Assembly (NCBI GenBank): GCA_003554865.1 | Contig: PWHJ01000050.1 | Location: 38,981 to 102,980, forward strand | Origin: Bacteroidota bacterium | Lineage (GTDB): Bacteria > Bacteroidota > Bacteroidia > Bacteroidales > PUMT01 | Direction of reading: 5' to 3' | Length of the DNA: 64,000 nucleotides | Shown: positions 31,402 through 41,232 of the stretch, piece by piece | Position numbering within the stretch: position 1 is the first letter of the stretch | Layout: every line of letters begins with the position of its first letter | Notes under the pieces: model-generated | The model's database searches: none | Told to the model about the DNA's origin: nothing | What the model saw: the letters and a program-made list of their open reading frames with translations, nothing else | Made by a program: the position numbers and the translations under genes

Positions 31402-31749
31402 TTATTTTTTTGCTGTGTCAGCAACAGCTTTAAAAGCTTTGGGGTGGTTCATTGCCAGATCGGCCAGAACCTTACGGTTGAGTTCAATGCCCTTTTTGTT
31501 AACGGCTCCCATAAATTCGCTGTAGGACATTCCTTGTTCCCTTGCAGCGGCATTTATTCGCTGTATCCAAAGTTTTCTGAAAGCTATCTTTTTCTTTTTC
31601 CTGTCCCGGTATGCGTAAAGCTTCCCTTTCTCAACGGCATTTTTGGCAACCGTATGAACATTTTTCCTCCTGCCGAAATATCCCTTGGCCTGTTTAATGA
31701 TCTTTTTCCTTCTGTTCTTTGCTGCTACCGAATTTACTGATCTTGGCAT
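31402..31749 (-). CDS. rplT: 50S ribosomal protein L20
   Basis: 115 aa, L20 throughout ([17 protein letters not shown]...). Confidence 0.97.
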   Translation of the reverse strand: MPRSVNSVAAKNRRKKIIKQAKGYFGRRKNVHTVAKNAVEKGKLYAYRDRKKKKIAFRKLWIQRINAAAREQGMSYSEFMGAVNKKGIELNRKVLADLAMNHPKAFKAVADTAKK

Positions 31750-31827
31750 AACTTAAAGTTTTTTGGTGGTCAGCGTTTCGCTCTGTTCGAAATCTTTGGT
31801 GCTGATTCACCAGGGTTATTCAAAAAT

Positions 31828-32025
31828 TTATTTCATTGCAAGCAAAAGCCTGATATTCTTTTCATCCGACTTGCTAACAGTTGTATAATATGTAAGGTTT
31901 CTTTTCCTTTTTTTGGACTTATTTGTAAGAAGGTGGCTTTTGTAAGCATGCTTGCGTTTAATCTTCCCTCTTCCGGTGAGGCCGAATCTTTTTTTTGCAC
32001 CGGCATTGGTCTTCATCTTGGGCAT
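31828..32025 (-). CDS. rpmI: 50S ribosomal protein L35
   Basis: 65 aa ([14 protein letters not shown]...). Confidence 0.95.
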   Translation of the reverse strand: MPKMKTNAGAKKRFGLTGRGKIKRKHAYKSHLLTNKSKKRKRNLTYYTTVSKSDEKNIRLLLAMK

Positions 32026-32055
32026 TTTATATCGCTTTTTAATGTTTGATTTATT

Positions 32056-32646
32056 TTATTGCTTTTTTTGTGTTTTCGGACTCAGAAACATTATCATTCT
32101 TTTCCCTTCCAGCTTGGGCATTTGCTCTACTTTTCCGTATTCTTCAAGCTCCTGGGCAAACCTCAGAAGCAGGATCTCTCCCTTCTCCTTGAAAAGTATG
32201 GTCCTCCCCTTAAAAAAGACGAAAGCCTTTAATTTGCATCCATCCTGTAAAAATTTCTTTGCATGGTTGAGCTTGAACTGAAAATCGTGCTCGTCCGTGT
32301 TGGGACCGAAACGTATTTCCTTTACAACAACCTTCTGGGTTTTGGCTTTGATCTCTTTTTGTTTCTTTTTCTGCTGGTACAGGAACTTGTTGTAATCAAT
32401 TATTTTGCATACAGGCGGATCCGCCTTGGGTGAAATTTCTACCAGATCAAGCTCCATTTCATCTGCCAGTTTCAGGCATTTTTCCAGTGTATAAATGCCG
32501 GGTTCTTCTATGTTGTCCCCGACCAGGCGGACCTTTTCAGCTTTTATTCTCTCGTTTATCCTGTATTGTGGCTCCTGAGTTCCTTTTTTGCTATACTTTC
32601 TGGAACCTTTTGGCCCTTTGGACTGGTAATTTTTTTTGATCGCTAT
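32056..32646 (-). CDS. infC: Translation initiation factor IF-3, non-AUG start (ATA 32646, or ATC 32640)
   Basis: The ORF track begins at an internal Met. My hand translation upstream gives (I)[51 protein letters not shown]..., which is a normal IF-3 N-domain. The frame is closed by TAA just upstream. AAGGAGGA lies 7 nt before the ATA. Confidence 0.9.
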   Translation of the reverse strand: MAIKKNYQSKGPKGSRKYSKKGTQEPQYRINERIKAEKVRLVGDNIEEPGIYTLEKCLKLADEMELDLVEISPKADPPVCKIIDYNKFLYQQKKKQKEIKAKTQKVVVKEIRFGPNTDEHDFQFKLNHAKKFLQDGCKLKAFVFFKGRTILFKEKGEILLLRFAQELEEYGKVEQMPKLEGKRMIMFLSPKTQKKQ

Positions 32647-32663
32647 TGTTAAATCCTCCTTAT

Positions 32664-34622
32664 TTAGTTAACAATCGGTTTATTTGTGCTTGTTGTTTGC
32701 TTTTTGACTTCGTTGGTAACCATTGCGGCAAAATCCTCAAGCTCCATTGAGCCCTTATCGCCTTCACCCTGGCGGCGGACAGAAATTTTGCCGCTTTCGG
32801 CTTCTTTTTCGCCAATGACAAGCAAGTAAGGGATCCGCTTCATCTCATTGTCCCTTATCTTTCTTCCCACTTTTTCATTTCTGTTGTCAACCAACGCGCG
32901 AATATCGTAATTATTTAGGAATTTTAAAACTTTTTTTGCATAAAACTCGAATTTTTCACTAACGGTTATTATGACAGCCTGCTCGGGAGCCAGCCATAAA
33001 GGGAACCTGCCTGCCGTGTGCTCGATCATTACCGCAACGAAACGCTCCATTGAACCAAAGGGTGCCCTGTGTATCATCACCGGCCTGTGTTTTTCATTGT
33101 CAGCTCCCGTGTATTCAAGATCAAACCTTTCCGGCAGGTTGTAGTCCACCTGGATCGTGCCGAGCTGCCACTTCCTTCCCAGTGCATCATTTACCATAAA
33201 GTCGAGTTTCGGACCGTAAAAGGCGGCCTCCCCGTAAACGATCTTTGCATCAAGCCCCTTTTCTCTTGTCGCCTCTAAGATGGCATTTTCCGCCTTTTCC
33301 CAGTTTTCGTCTGTTCCAATGTAGTTTTCCTTCTCCTCCTTGTCACGCAGGGATATATGTATTTCAAAGTCTGAAAACTCAAGCGCATTGAAAATTATAA
33401 ATACAATGTCAATCACTTTTATAAATTCTTCCTTAAGCTGGTCGGGACGGCAGAAGATATGGGCGTCGTCCTGGGTGAACCCTCTTACCCTGGTAAGACC
33501 GTGAAGCTCTCCGCTTTGTTCATAGCGGTAAACAGTGCCGAATTCAGCATATCTTACCGGCAGGTCTTTGTAGGAGCGGGGGGAGGATTTGTAAATCTCA
33601 CAGTGGTGAGGGCAGTTCATTGGCTTAAGCATGAACTCCTCGCCTTCTGCCGGAGTATTTATAGGTCTGAATGAGGACTCCCCGTATTTTTCATAATGCC
33701 CGGAGGTGATATAGAGCTCTTTTTGTCCGATGTGTGGAGAAAGTACCGGATCATAGCCGTAATCGTCCTGTACTTTTTTAAGGAAGTTCTCAAGCCTCTC
33801 CCGCAGACGCGCGCCTTTTGGAAGCCACATTGGCAGACCGGAACCCACTTTCCGGGAAAAAGTGAAAAGCTCCAGCTCCTTTCCCAGCCTGCGGTGGTCA
33901 CGCCTGGCCGCTTCCTCCAGCATTTCCATGTGCCGGTCAAGAAGCTTTTGTTTTGGAAAACTTATACCGTATATCCTTGTCAGCTGTTTTCTGTTTTCAT
34001 CTCCCCTCCAGTACGCCCCTGCAATGTTGAGAAGCCTGACCGCTTTTATGTAGCTTGTGTCGGGCAGATGAGGCCCGCGGCACAGGTCGCTGAAATTGCC
34101 GTGCAGATAAAAGGTTATGGTCTCATCCTCAAACTCGTTTATCAATTCCACCTTATATTCATTTCCTTCTTTCCTGTAATGGTCTATAGCTTCTTCTTTT
34201 GGTACCTCTTTTCTTATAAACCTGTTCTTCTGCCTTGCAAGTTCAATCATTTTCCTCTCAATTTCCGGGAAGTCTTTCTCCGATATGTTGTGTCCGCAGG
34301 GATCGATATCGTAGTAGAATCCGTTGTCTGTTGACGGACCGATACACAGCTTTATGCCCGGATAAAGAGATTCAAGGGCTTCAGCCATCAGGTGTGCAGA
34401 AGAATGCCAGAATGCATGGCGCCCCTCTGCATCATCCCAGGTGTAAAGCTTAATTTCAGCATCTTTTTCAATTGGAAAAGTAAGATCATATACCTGCCCG
34501 TTAACCGACACGGCATAGACCTCCTTTGCCAGCTTTTCACTTATGTTTTTTGCTATCTCAAGACCGGTAACTCCTTCTGGATACTCTTTTACCGACCTGT
34601 CCGGCAGTGTTATTCTGATCAT
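32664..34622 (-). CDS. thrS: Threonine--tRNA ligase
   Basis: 652 aa. It contains TGS, editing, class II core and anticodon-binding regions (for example [19 protein letters not shown]). Confidence 0.97.
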   Translation of the reverse strand: MIRITLPDRSVKEYPEGVTGLEIAKNISEKLAKEVYAVSVNGQVYDLTFPIEKDAEIKLYTWDDAEGRHAFWHSSAHLMAEALESLYPGIKLCIGPSTDNGFYYDIDPCGHNISEKDFPEIERKMIELARQKNRFIRKEVPKEEAIDHYRKEGNEYKVELINEFEDETITFYLHGNFSDLCRGPHLPDTSYIKAVRLLNIAGAYWRGDENRKQLTRIYGISFPKQKLLDRHMEMLEEAARRDHRRLGKELELFTFSRKVGSGLPMWLPKGARLRERLENFLKKVQDDYGYDPVLSPHIGQKELYITSGHYEKYGESSFRPINTPAEGEEFMLKPMNCPHHCEIYKSSPRSYKDLPVRYAEFGTVYRYEQSGELHGLTRVRGFTQDDAHIFCRPDQLKEEFIKVIDIVFIIFNALEFSDFEIHISLRDKEEKENYIGTDENWEKAENAILEATREKGLDAKIVYGEAAFYGPKLDFMVNDALGRKWQLGTIQVDYNLPERFDLEYTGADNEKHRPVMIHRAPFGSMERFVAVMIEHTAGRFPLWLAPEQAVIITVSEKFEFYAKKVLKFLNNYDIRALVDNRNEKVGRKIRDNEMKRIPYLLVIGEKEAESGKISVRRQGEGDKGSMELEDFAAMVTNEVKKQTTSTNKPIVN

Positions 34623-34741
34623 TTTTTAATTAATTGCAGTTTGCAAATATATATCATTTTTCTCCTGTAAAAAAGTGTCAATATTTTTTCTGTTTCCCCT
34701 CACAGCCATTTTATTTGCCGGCTGGCTTTGGGCTGGCCGGA

Positions 34742-34820
34742 CAAAATTTCTTTTGGGGGCAAAACTCTTTTGTGGCGGGTTTCAAAACTTTTTTGTGGCG
34801 GACTTTTTTTCAAAATTTTA
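34742..34820. repeat. Tandem copies of a CAAAA-N3/4-TTTTG-GGCGG-like element
   Basis: CAAAACTCTTTTGTGGCGG (34760..34778) and CAAAACTTTTTTGTGGCGG (34783..34801) are 18/19 identical. Degenerate copies sit at 34742 and 34811. Confidence 0.5.
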
Positions 34821-34841
34821 GTTATGACAATATTTTTTTAT

Positions 34842-34849
34842 TAATTTTG
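34842..34849 (+). promoter_or_regulatory. TAnnTTTG -7 box for the tRNA-Leu pair
   Basis: TAATTTTG ends 12 nt before the first tRNA nucleotide. Confidence 0.45.
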
Positions 34850-34860
34850 CAGGCATCCAT

Positions 34861-34944
34861 GCCCGGATGGCGGAATTGGTAGACGCGCTAGTTTCAGGGA
34901 CTAGTGTTCGCAAGAACGTGCTGGTTCGAGTCCAGTTCCGGGCA
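34861..34944 (+). tRNA. tRNA-Leu (anticodon CAG)
   Basis: I folded this by hand. The acceptor stem is GCCCGGA/TCCGGGC. The anticodon stem is CTAGT/ACTAG with loop TTCAGGG. It has a long variable arm and a GGTTCGAGTCC T-loop. CCA is not encoded. Confidence 0.9.
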
Positions 34945-34949
34945 CTGCC

Positions 34950-35035
34950 GCCCAGGTGGTGGAATGGGTAGACACGCCAGCTTGAGGGGCTGGTGCCCGT
35001 TAAAGGGCGTGCTGGTTCGAATCCAGTCCTGGGCA
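34950..35035 (+). tRNA. tRNA-Leu (anticodon GAG)
   Basis: The acceptor stem is GCCCAGG/CCTGGGC. The anticodon stem is CCAGC/GCTGG with loop TTGAGGG. It has a long variable arm and a GGTTCGAATCC T-loop. Confidence 0.9.
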
Positions 35036-35039
35036 CAAC

Positions 35040-35495
35040 TTAATATCCTATAACCCACAGCACCCTCTCCTCCTCAAGACATCTGTCTATGAGGAGGATA
35101 ATTTCATTGACGGTATCGCATGCACTGTCCCTGTATTTTTCCCAGTTTGTGGTCCACTGCGGATCGATTTTTTCCAGCTCTATAAGGAAGTTGCTCCCCA
35201 TAAAAGTTTTTTTCACAAATGATTTGAATTCATCAAGGCTTTGCAGGGCTTCCATTTCGGTGATCTGATCCTTTAGCTCATTTTGAAGTGGTACAATGGA
35301 GCGGCTGTCGTATTTTGTGGGTCCGAAATAATCGAATAAACTGTTGCTGCGCTCGAAACATGGGGCAAACAGGCTGAATACTTCTCCGTCAAGATATTTC
35401 GATTCGGGATCACACTTGTTGAAATGTTCATTGTTGCCCGATATGTTCAATTCAAAAAAATTGAGCCAGTCGGCATTTTGAAGTTTTATTTCCAT
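35040..35495 (-). CDS. Hypothetical protein (151 aa)
   Basis: This ORF ends 5 nt from the tRNA. I see no recognisable motif, and the protein looks acidic and soluble. Confidence 0.55.
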   Translation of the reverse strand: MEIKLQNADWLNFFELNISGNNEHFNKCDPESKYLDGEVFSLFAPCFERSNSLFDYFGPTKYDSRSIVPLQNELKDQITEMEALQSLDEFKSFVKKTFMGSNFLIELEKIDPQWTTNWEKYRDSACDTVNEIILLIDRCLEEERVLWVIGY

Positions 35496-35568
35496 TTGAG
35501 GTTTGTTTAAACAGCGAAAATTACAAATTTTGATAAAACCGGCAAAATATAAGGTAAACAGGAAAAAC

Positions 35569-35889
35569 TTACCTGGAAAGGTTGTTCAGCCGGTCTAACA
35601 ATCCGAAATTTCCGCGGTACATTTCCTCCTTAATTTCGTTGTAATAGGCTTTCAAATTATCAACTCCTTCATTGTTGCCAGGGTGATTAATTTTGTATAT
35701 CAGTTTGTTGCGGAGGTTTATGGCTTCGGCCAATATTTCCCTTGTGTTTTCCTGGTTTAGCGAAGGTGTATATTCCAAAAAAGTGAAACATTCAAAAACA
35801 ACTTTCAAGCACAGGGAGTTCACCTCCTTTTTCAGCAATTTGCGGCTGGCCATTTTAATTGTAATAGGAAAGATTAAGTGGTTATTCAC
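35569..35889 (-). CDS. Hypothetical small helical protein
   Basis: 106-aa ORF. An alternative start is Met13 at 35853 (MASRKLLKKE...). I see no recognisable motif. Confidence 0.5.
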   Translation of the reverse strand: MNNHLIFPITIKMASRKLLKKEVNSLCLKVVFECFTFLEYTPSLNQENTREILAEAINLRNKLIYKINHPGNNEGVDNLKAYYNEIKEEMYRGNFGLLDRLNNLSR

Positions 35890-36069
35890 TTTTCAATACA
35901 ACAACAAAATACGAATAATTGTAAAATAAACAATTTTTTTACACCTCTTTTTAAAAAGAGGGCAATATATAATTTAACCCTTTTTTTAAAAGTGACCTTA
36001 TTTGCTTAAGTGGCTTGAGTATGGCCGTATTATTTTTAAAACCGTTAACTTTGAAAAAAAATACCAAAA

Positions 36070-36915
36070 ATGTCAGATTGCAAAGGAGAAAAATATATCC
36101 TGGATAAACGTCCGCTTCCAACTGCCGGGTTTGATGATACAATTTTTTCGCACGGACGCTCAGTCTATGAAATTATAAGAGTGATAGACAGAGCTCCTTT
36201 ATTCCTCGGGGATCATCTTGAAAGACTTTACGGATCGCTGGAGGGCTTGGGGCTTGAAACGTCACTTTCCCCTCGGGAGATTGAAAGGAGAGTACGACTG
36301 CTTATTTCGTTGAACCCCCAAAAAGAGGGAAATATAAGAGTCGTTTTGCATTTTCCCGGTGACTGCGCCAGGCCATTGTTCCTGGCTTATTATACCGGCC
36401 ACAAATATCCCGGAACTGTTCATTATGAAAAAGGTGTAGAGGTTGCACTTTTTGCAACCGAACGACCGAACCCTCACACCAAGCTAATCGATGTGGAGCT
36501 TAGAAGCAGGATGGACTCTTTCATTAAAAAGAACAATGTCTATGAGATTTTGCTGGTTGACCGCAACGGGTTTGTCACCGAAGGCAGCAAGTCCAACTTT
36601 TTCTTTGTAAAAAACGACCGGTTGCTTACAGCTCCTGAAGAAGATGTGCTTCAGGGAATAACCCGCAAATATATTTTCAGTATATGCCAAAATAGATCCA
36701 TAGATATAATTCAGAGAAAAATAAGCCGTGATGAGCTTCCGGAGATGGAGTCATGCTTTATTACCGGCACCTCTCCAAAAGTTTTACCCGTTAAAAGAAT
36801 AGGAGATTTTACCTACAATGCGCACCATCCGCTTGTGAGGAAACTTATGGAGGAGTATGACAGGCTGATAGAAGATTATATCAGCCGCTCACATAACACA
36901 ACGTTTTCAACATGA
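36070..36915 (+). CDS. Class IV (fold-type IV) PLP aminotransferase / aminodeoxychorismate-lyase-like
   Basis: 281 aa. It has the family block EGSKSNFFFVKNDRLLTAPEEDVLQGITRKYI. Confidence 0.8.
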   Translation: MSDCKGEKYILDKRPLPTAGFDDTIFSHGRSVYEIIRVIDRAPLFLGDHLERLYGSLEGLGLETSLSPREIERRVRLLISLNPQKEGNIRVVLHFPGDCARPLFLAYYTGHKYPGTVHYEKGVEVALFATERPNPHTKLIDVELRSRMDSFIKKNNVYEILLVDRNGFVTEGSKSNFFFVKNDRLLTAPEEDVLQGITRKYIFSICQNRSIDIIQRKISRDELPEMESCFITGTSPKVLPVKRIGDFTYNAHHPLVRKLMEEYDRLIEDYISRSHNTTFST

Positions 36916-38279
36916 TGGGTGTGGGGAAACATGTCTACCGGCTGCACTTTCACCACTTTGTAGTGATCAGAGAGCATTTCAATGTCGCGCGACTGGGTTG
37001 CGGGATTGCAGCTTACATAAACGATCTTTTTGGGTTTAATCTCTTTCAGTCTTGATACTACATTCTTGTGAACCCCGGTCCGGGGAGGGTCCACTATCAC
37101 TGTATGGGGCGCCCCGTTTTTTTCAATGAATATATCGTCGAGTACCTCTTTTATGTCCCCTGCAAAAAAATGTGTGTTTTCAATACCGTTTAGTTCCGAG
37201 TTTATCTTTGCATAATCTATTGCCTCCTGAACATATTCTATACCCACGACCCTGCCGGCAAAGGGTGCCATAAAAAGAGCAATGCTCCCCGTGCCTGTGT
37301 AGAGGTCGTATATCACCTCATGCTTTTGGGGGTTTGCGAAATCCCTGACCGTTTTGTAAAGGTTGTATGCCTGCCGGGAGTTAGTCTGGAAAAAGGATTT
37401 CGGACCGATTTTGAATTTCAGGCCTTCCATTTGTTCTATAAGATGGTCCTTTCCTGAAAAAGGGTGAACATCAAGGTCTGTTATTGTATCGTTCCCTTTC
37501 GGGTTGATAACATACATAAGGGAAGTGACCGACGGGAAGGAATCTCTGATGAACCTGAGCATCTTTTCGCGTGCTGCACGCTCTTCGCGGAAAAATACCA
37601 CGATCACCATCACCTCTCCTGTTGAGCTTGTACGTATGATAAGAGTCCGCAAAAGTCCTTCCTGTTTTATTATATCAAAGAAAGGTAAACTGTTTTTGCC
37701 GGCGTAATCCTTTACAGCCAGCCGGATCGAATTTGAAGGCTCCTCCTGCAGGTAACACCCGGTCAGGTCCAATACCTTGTCAAATCTCCCGGGTACATGG
37801 AATCCCAAAGCATTAGTGTCTCCTATCTCCTCCCCGGAGTCAATTTCCTCCCTTGTGAGCCAGCGTTTGTTTGAAAATGTGAATTCCATCTTGTTCCTGT
37901 AGTGGGTGGTCTTTTCCGAAGGAATAACAGGGTTTACCGGGGGCAGCCCGGTTTTGCCTATTCGTGTGAGATTGTCTATAACCTGCTGCCTTTTGAATTT
38001 AAGCTGCTCGCTGTAGGGAATGTGCTGCCATTTGCATCCGCCGCAAACGCCAAAATGCCTGCAAAAAGGTTCTGTGCGCAAGGGGGATAATTTGTGGAAA
38101 TGCTCAGCCACCGCCTCGGCATGTTTTTTCTTTTTTCTTATTATTCTAAGGTCGGCTACATCTCCGGGTGCGGCGTAAGGAACGAAAACAACCATCCCTT
38201 CAATCCTGGCAATGGCCTTGCCTTCGGCAGCCAGACCGGTTATTTCTGCTTTTTCTATTATTTTGTTCTTCTTGCCCAT
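36876..38279 (-). CDS. rlmD: 23S rRNA (uracil-C5)-methyltransferase RlmD/RumA family
   Basis: 467 aa. It has an N-terminal TRAM domain, an Fe-S Cys cluster (CRHFGVCGGCKWQH), a SAM motif (DLYTGTGSIAL) and a catalytic YVSCNPAT. Confidence 0.85.
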   Translation of the reverse strand: MGKKNKIIEKAEITGLAAEGKAIARIEGMVVFVPYAAPGDVADLRIIRKKKKHAEAVAEHFHKLSPLRTEPFCRHFGVCGGCKWQHIPYSEQLKFKRQQVIDNLTRIGKTGLPPVNPVIPSEKTTHYRNKMEFTFSNKRWLTREEIDSGEEIGDTNALGFHVPGRFDKVLDLTGCYLQEEPSNSIRLAVKDYAGKNSLPFFDIIKQEGLLRTLIIRTSSTGEVMVIVVFFREERAAREKMLRFIRDSFPSVTSLMYVINPKGNDTITDLDVHPFSGKDHLIEQMEGLKFKIGPKSFFQTNSRQAYNLYKTVRDFANPQKHEVIYDLYTGTGSIALFMAPFAGRVVGIEYVQEAIDYAKINSELNGIENTHFFAGDIKEVLDDIFIEKNGAPHTVIVDPPRTGVHKNVVSRLKEIKPKKIVYVSCNPATQSRDIEMLSDHYKVVKVQPVDMFPHTHHVENVVLCERLI

Positions 38280-38449
38280 ATGTTAATGGTTGTGGCATCT
38301 TTTTTTATTGTAAGCTTTCTGCCAGTGCAAATTTTCGGCCCGTTGCAGCGGCAGCTGTTTTTGCCCTGAAAAGGAATCTGGACCCAAAGGTTTTGCAAAG
38401 ATAGAAAATCCAACATCTTTAATTTAATGCGTAAATGGTTATTTTTGCA

Positions 38450-38457
38450 TTTTGGTA
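38450..38457 (+). promoter_or_regulatory. TAnnTTTG -7 box upstream of the ABC-F gene
   Basis: TATTTTTG ends 12 nt before ATG 38469. This argues against the longer 38427 start. Confidence 0.45.
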
Positions 38458-38468
38458 AAAAAGGGACG

Positions 38469-40433
38469 ATGATAACGATCAACAATGTTGCGGTTCAGTT
38501 TGGCGGTCTGCTGTTGTTTAAGGATATCTCTTTCCAGGTAAACCGTGATGACAGGATAGGGCTGGTTGGCAGGAACGGCTCCGGGAAGACCACCCTTTTG
38601 AGGCTGATAAAGGGACTTGACCAGCCTGAGGAAGGGGAGGTTTCAGTTTCGCGTGAAGTGGAGACAGGTTACCTGCCACAGCAAATGGTTCATGAGGACG
38701 GAAAAACCGTTTTTGATGAGGCTCTCTCTGCTTTCTCTGAAGTTTTACATCTTGAGAGGGAAATAGAGAGGATTAACCGGTTGCTGTCTGGGCGTACCGA
38801 TTACAACTCGGCAGATTACATGGAGTTTGTTGCCGCCCTTACAGAATATAATGAAAGGCTGGGCATGTTGGGGGGAGATACAGTGCGTGCAAGGGTTGAA
38901 AAGATTTTGTATGGACTTGGGTTCAGGGCTGCGGATTTTGAAAGGGCAACACGGGAGTTCAGCGGGGGGTGGCGGATGCGCATAGAGCTTGCCAAAATAC
39001 TACTGAGGGAGCCGGATCTGCTCTTGCTGGACGAGCCGACCAATCATCTTGACATTGAGTCGATTCAATGGCTTGAGGAGTTCCTGGCTGGTTTCCGCGG
39101 TGCGGTTATATTGATTTCCCACGACCGTGCTTTTCTGGATGCCTTAACAAACAGGACGATTGAAATTTCACTTGGAAGAATATACGATTACAAAGCTCCC
39201 TATTCCCGCTATGTTGAATTGCGCAGGGAAAGAAGGGAGCGTCAGGAAGCGGCCTACCGCAACCAGCAGAAAATGATACAGGAGAACGAGAGGTTTATAG
39301 AGCGTTTCCGCTATAAGGCCACCAAAGCCCCACAGGTGCAGTCGCGCATCAAACAGCTTGAAAAAATGGAGCGGGTTGAGATTGATCAGGAGGATACAAG
39401 CAGCATAAACGTACGTTTTCCCCCTGCACCAAGATCAGGAAGCATAGTGGCCGAAATGTCGGGTGTAGGCAAAAGTTTTGGCCAGGTAAGGGTTCTCGAC
39501 AATGTCGATATGATTATTGAAAGAGGGGAAAAAGTTGCTTTTGTCGGGCGCAACGGGGAGGGCAAAACAACCCTTTCCAGGATCATTGCCGGGGAGCTGG
39601 ACCATGAAGGGAAGGTGAAAATGGGATACAATGTAAAGACAGCCTACTTTGCCCAGAATCAGGATGAGTTGCTTGACAGGGAGAAAACAGTATTTGAAAC
39701 GATTGATTCAATTGCCGAAGGGGATACGGGGAAACAGGTGAGAAGCATACTGGGGGCTTTTCTTTTCAGTGACGATGATGTGGACAAAAAAGTGGGGGTG
39801 CTGTCCGGAGGAGAACGCTCCAGGCTGGCCATAGCAAAGCTTTTGCTTGAGCCCTGCAATTTCCTTGTTCTGGATGAGCCTACCAACCACCTTGATATGC
39901 AGTCAAGGGAAATATTGAAGAGAGCGCTGCTGAACTATGAAGGAGCGATAATTGTGGTTTCCCATGACAGGGATTTTCTTGATGGACTGGTCGGGAAGGT
40001 TTACGAGTTTAAAAACAGGAATGTTGGAGAGCATACCGGGGGTATATATGACTTTCTCCGAAAGAGAAAGCTCAGCTCACTTGGCCAGCTTGATGCCCCC
40101 TCAGGTGTAAAGCAGGAGAAATCCTCAGGGGAAAAAGAAAAGACTCCCTCTCAAAACAAGCGGCTTTATGAGCAGAAAAAGGAGTATGACAGGCGTATAA
40201 GAAAAATTGACTCTCAGCTGGAAAGGACCGAATCAACAATCGAAGAGCTTGAGGAAAAGATAGCGGAAATGGATGCCCGCCTGGCCGAGGCAGGCGAGGA
40301 TATTGAAAAATTGAACGAAGAGGGTTTTTTTCAGTGTTACGAAAAATACAAATCGCGTCTTGCATCGGAGATGGAAAAATGGGAACATCTTGCCGGCAGT
40401 CTGGAAGAAGAACAAAAGAAAAAACCTTTTTAA
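38469..40433 (+). CDS. ABC-F family ATPase (Uup/YbiT-like, C-terminal coiled coil)
   Basis: It has two NBDs (GRNGSGKTT / GRNGEGKTT, FSGGWRMR / LSGGERSR), no TM domain, and a charged C-terminal coiled coil. Confidence 0.9.
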   Translation: MITINNVAVQFGGLLLFKDISFQVNRDDRIGLVGRNGSGKTTLLRLIKGLDQPEEGEVSVSREVETGYLPQQMVHEDGKTVFDEALSAFSEVLHLEREIERINRLLSGRTDYNSADYMEFVAALTEYNERLGMLGGDTVRARVEKILYGLGFRAADFERATREFSGGWRMRIELAKILLREPDLLLLDEPTNHLDIESIQWLEEFLAGFRGAVILISHDRAFLDALTNRTIEISLGRIYDYKAPYSRYVELRRERRERQEAAYRNQQKMIQENERFIERFRYKATKAPQVQSRIKQLEKMERVEIDQEDTSSINVRFPPAPRSGSIVAEMSGVGKSFGQVRVLDNVDMIIERGEKVAFVGRNGEGKTTLSRIIAGELDHEGKVKMGYNVKTAYFAQNQDELLDREKTVFETIDSIAEGDTGKQVRSILGAFLFSDDDVDKKVGVLSGGERSRLAIAKLLLEPCNFLVLDEPTNHLDMQSREILKRALLNYEGAIIVVSHDRDFLDGLVGKVYEFKNRNVGEHTGGIYDFLRKRKLSSLGQLDAPSGVKQEKSSGEKEKTPSQNKRLYEQKKEYDRRIRKIDSQLERTESTIEELEEKIAEMDARLAEAGEDIEKLNEEGFFQCYEKYKSRLASEMEKWEHLAGSLEEEQKKKPF

Positions 40434-40442
40434 AATACTATT

Positions 40443-41189
40443 ATGCCCCCGACCAAAAATGATTGTATATTCGGCCTGCACCCGGTTATCGAAGCCATCA
40501 GATCGGGAAGGGAGATTGAAAAGATTCTTTTAAAAAGAGGACTTAAAGGGGGGGCTTTCCAGGAGCTTACCACCCTTGTCAGGGAAGCGGGAATACCCTT
40601 TCAGTATGTTCCCGTGGAAAAGCTTAACCGTGTAACAAACGGTAATCATCAGGGAGTTATAGCTTTTGTCTCACAGGTAACTTACCAGCCTGTGGAAAAC
40701 GTGCTGCCGGCAATTTATGAAAAGGGGGAGAGCCCTTTTATTGTGGTGCTGGACGGGGTAACGGATGTTCGAAATATGGGTGCGGTAGCCCGTTCTGCAT
40801 TGTGTGCCGGTGTTCACGCCCTTGTTGTGCCTTCGGCAGGCAGGGCAATGATCACCGCAGAAGCGGTAAAAAGCTCAGCAGGTGCCCTCAACACTATTCC
40901 GGTCTGCCGCGAGGCAAATCTTGAAAAAACAATTAATTTTTTAAGAAAAAGCGGATTAAAGATTGTAGCGGCCGGCGAAAAGGCTCCGCGGAATTATTTT
41001 GAAGTAACTTACGCCGGGCCTCTGGCCCTTGTTCTCGGTTCGGAAGAAAAAGGAGTATCATCCGGGCTCCTGGAATCGGCAGATGAGCATGTGAGAATTC
41101 CCGTCGGCGGTCCTGTCGGCTCCCTGAATGTGTCGGCCGCCGCCGCCGTCATAATTTTTGAAGTTGTCAGGCAGCGCATGGTAACCTGA
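40443..41189 (+). CDS. rlmB: SpoU/TrmH-family 23S rRNA 2'-O-ribose methyltransferase
   Basis: 248 aa. It has an N-terminal substrate-binding domain and SpoU motifs (LDGVTDVRNMGAVARSA, LVLGSEEKGVS, IPVGGPVGSLNVSAAA). Confidence 0.85.
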   Translation: MPPTKNDCIFGLHPVIEAIRSGREIEKILLKRGLKGGAFQELTTLVREAGIPFQYVPVEKLNRVTNGNHQGVIAFVSQVTYQPVENVLPAIYEKGESPFIVVLDGVTDVRNMGAVARSALCAGVHALVVPSAGRAMITAEAVKSSAGALNTIPVCREANLEKTINFLRKSGLKIVAAGEKAPRNYFEVTYAGPLALVLGSEEKGVSSGLLESADEHVRIPVGGPVGSLNVSAAAAVIIFEVVRQRMVT

Positions 41190-41232
41190 AACTTCACCTC
41201 CCCCGGCTACCGGTTTTGACCCTAAACTGCTC

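Noticed and set aside
34623-34741. T-box or other known leader upstream of thrS
   Set aside because: I could find no specifier-loop or T-box-like conserved 14-mer, and such leaders are not expected in this phylum. Only the tandem repeats reported in the findings stand out.
34818-35036. 72-aa minus-strand ORF
   Set aside because: It coincides exactly with the two tRNA-Leu genes, whose cloverleaves fold cleanly.
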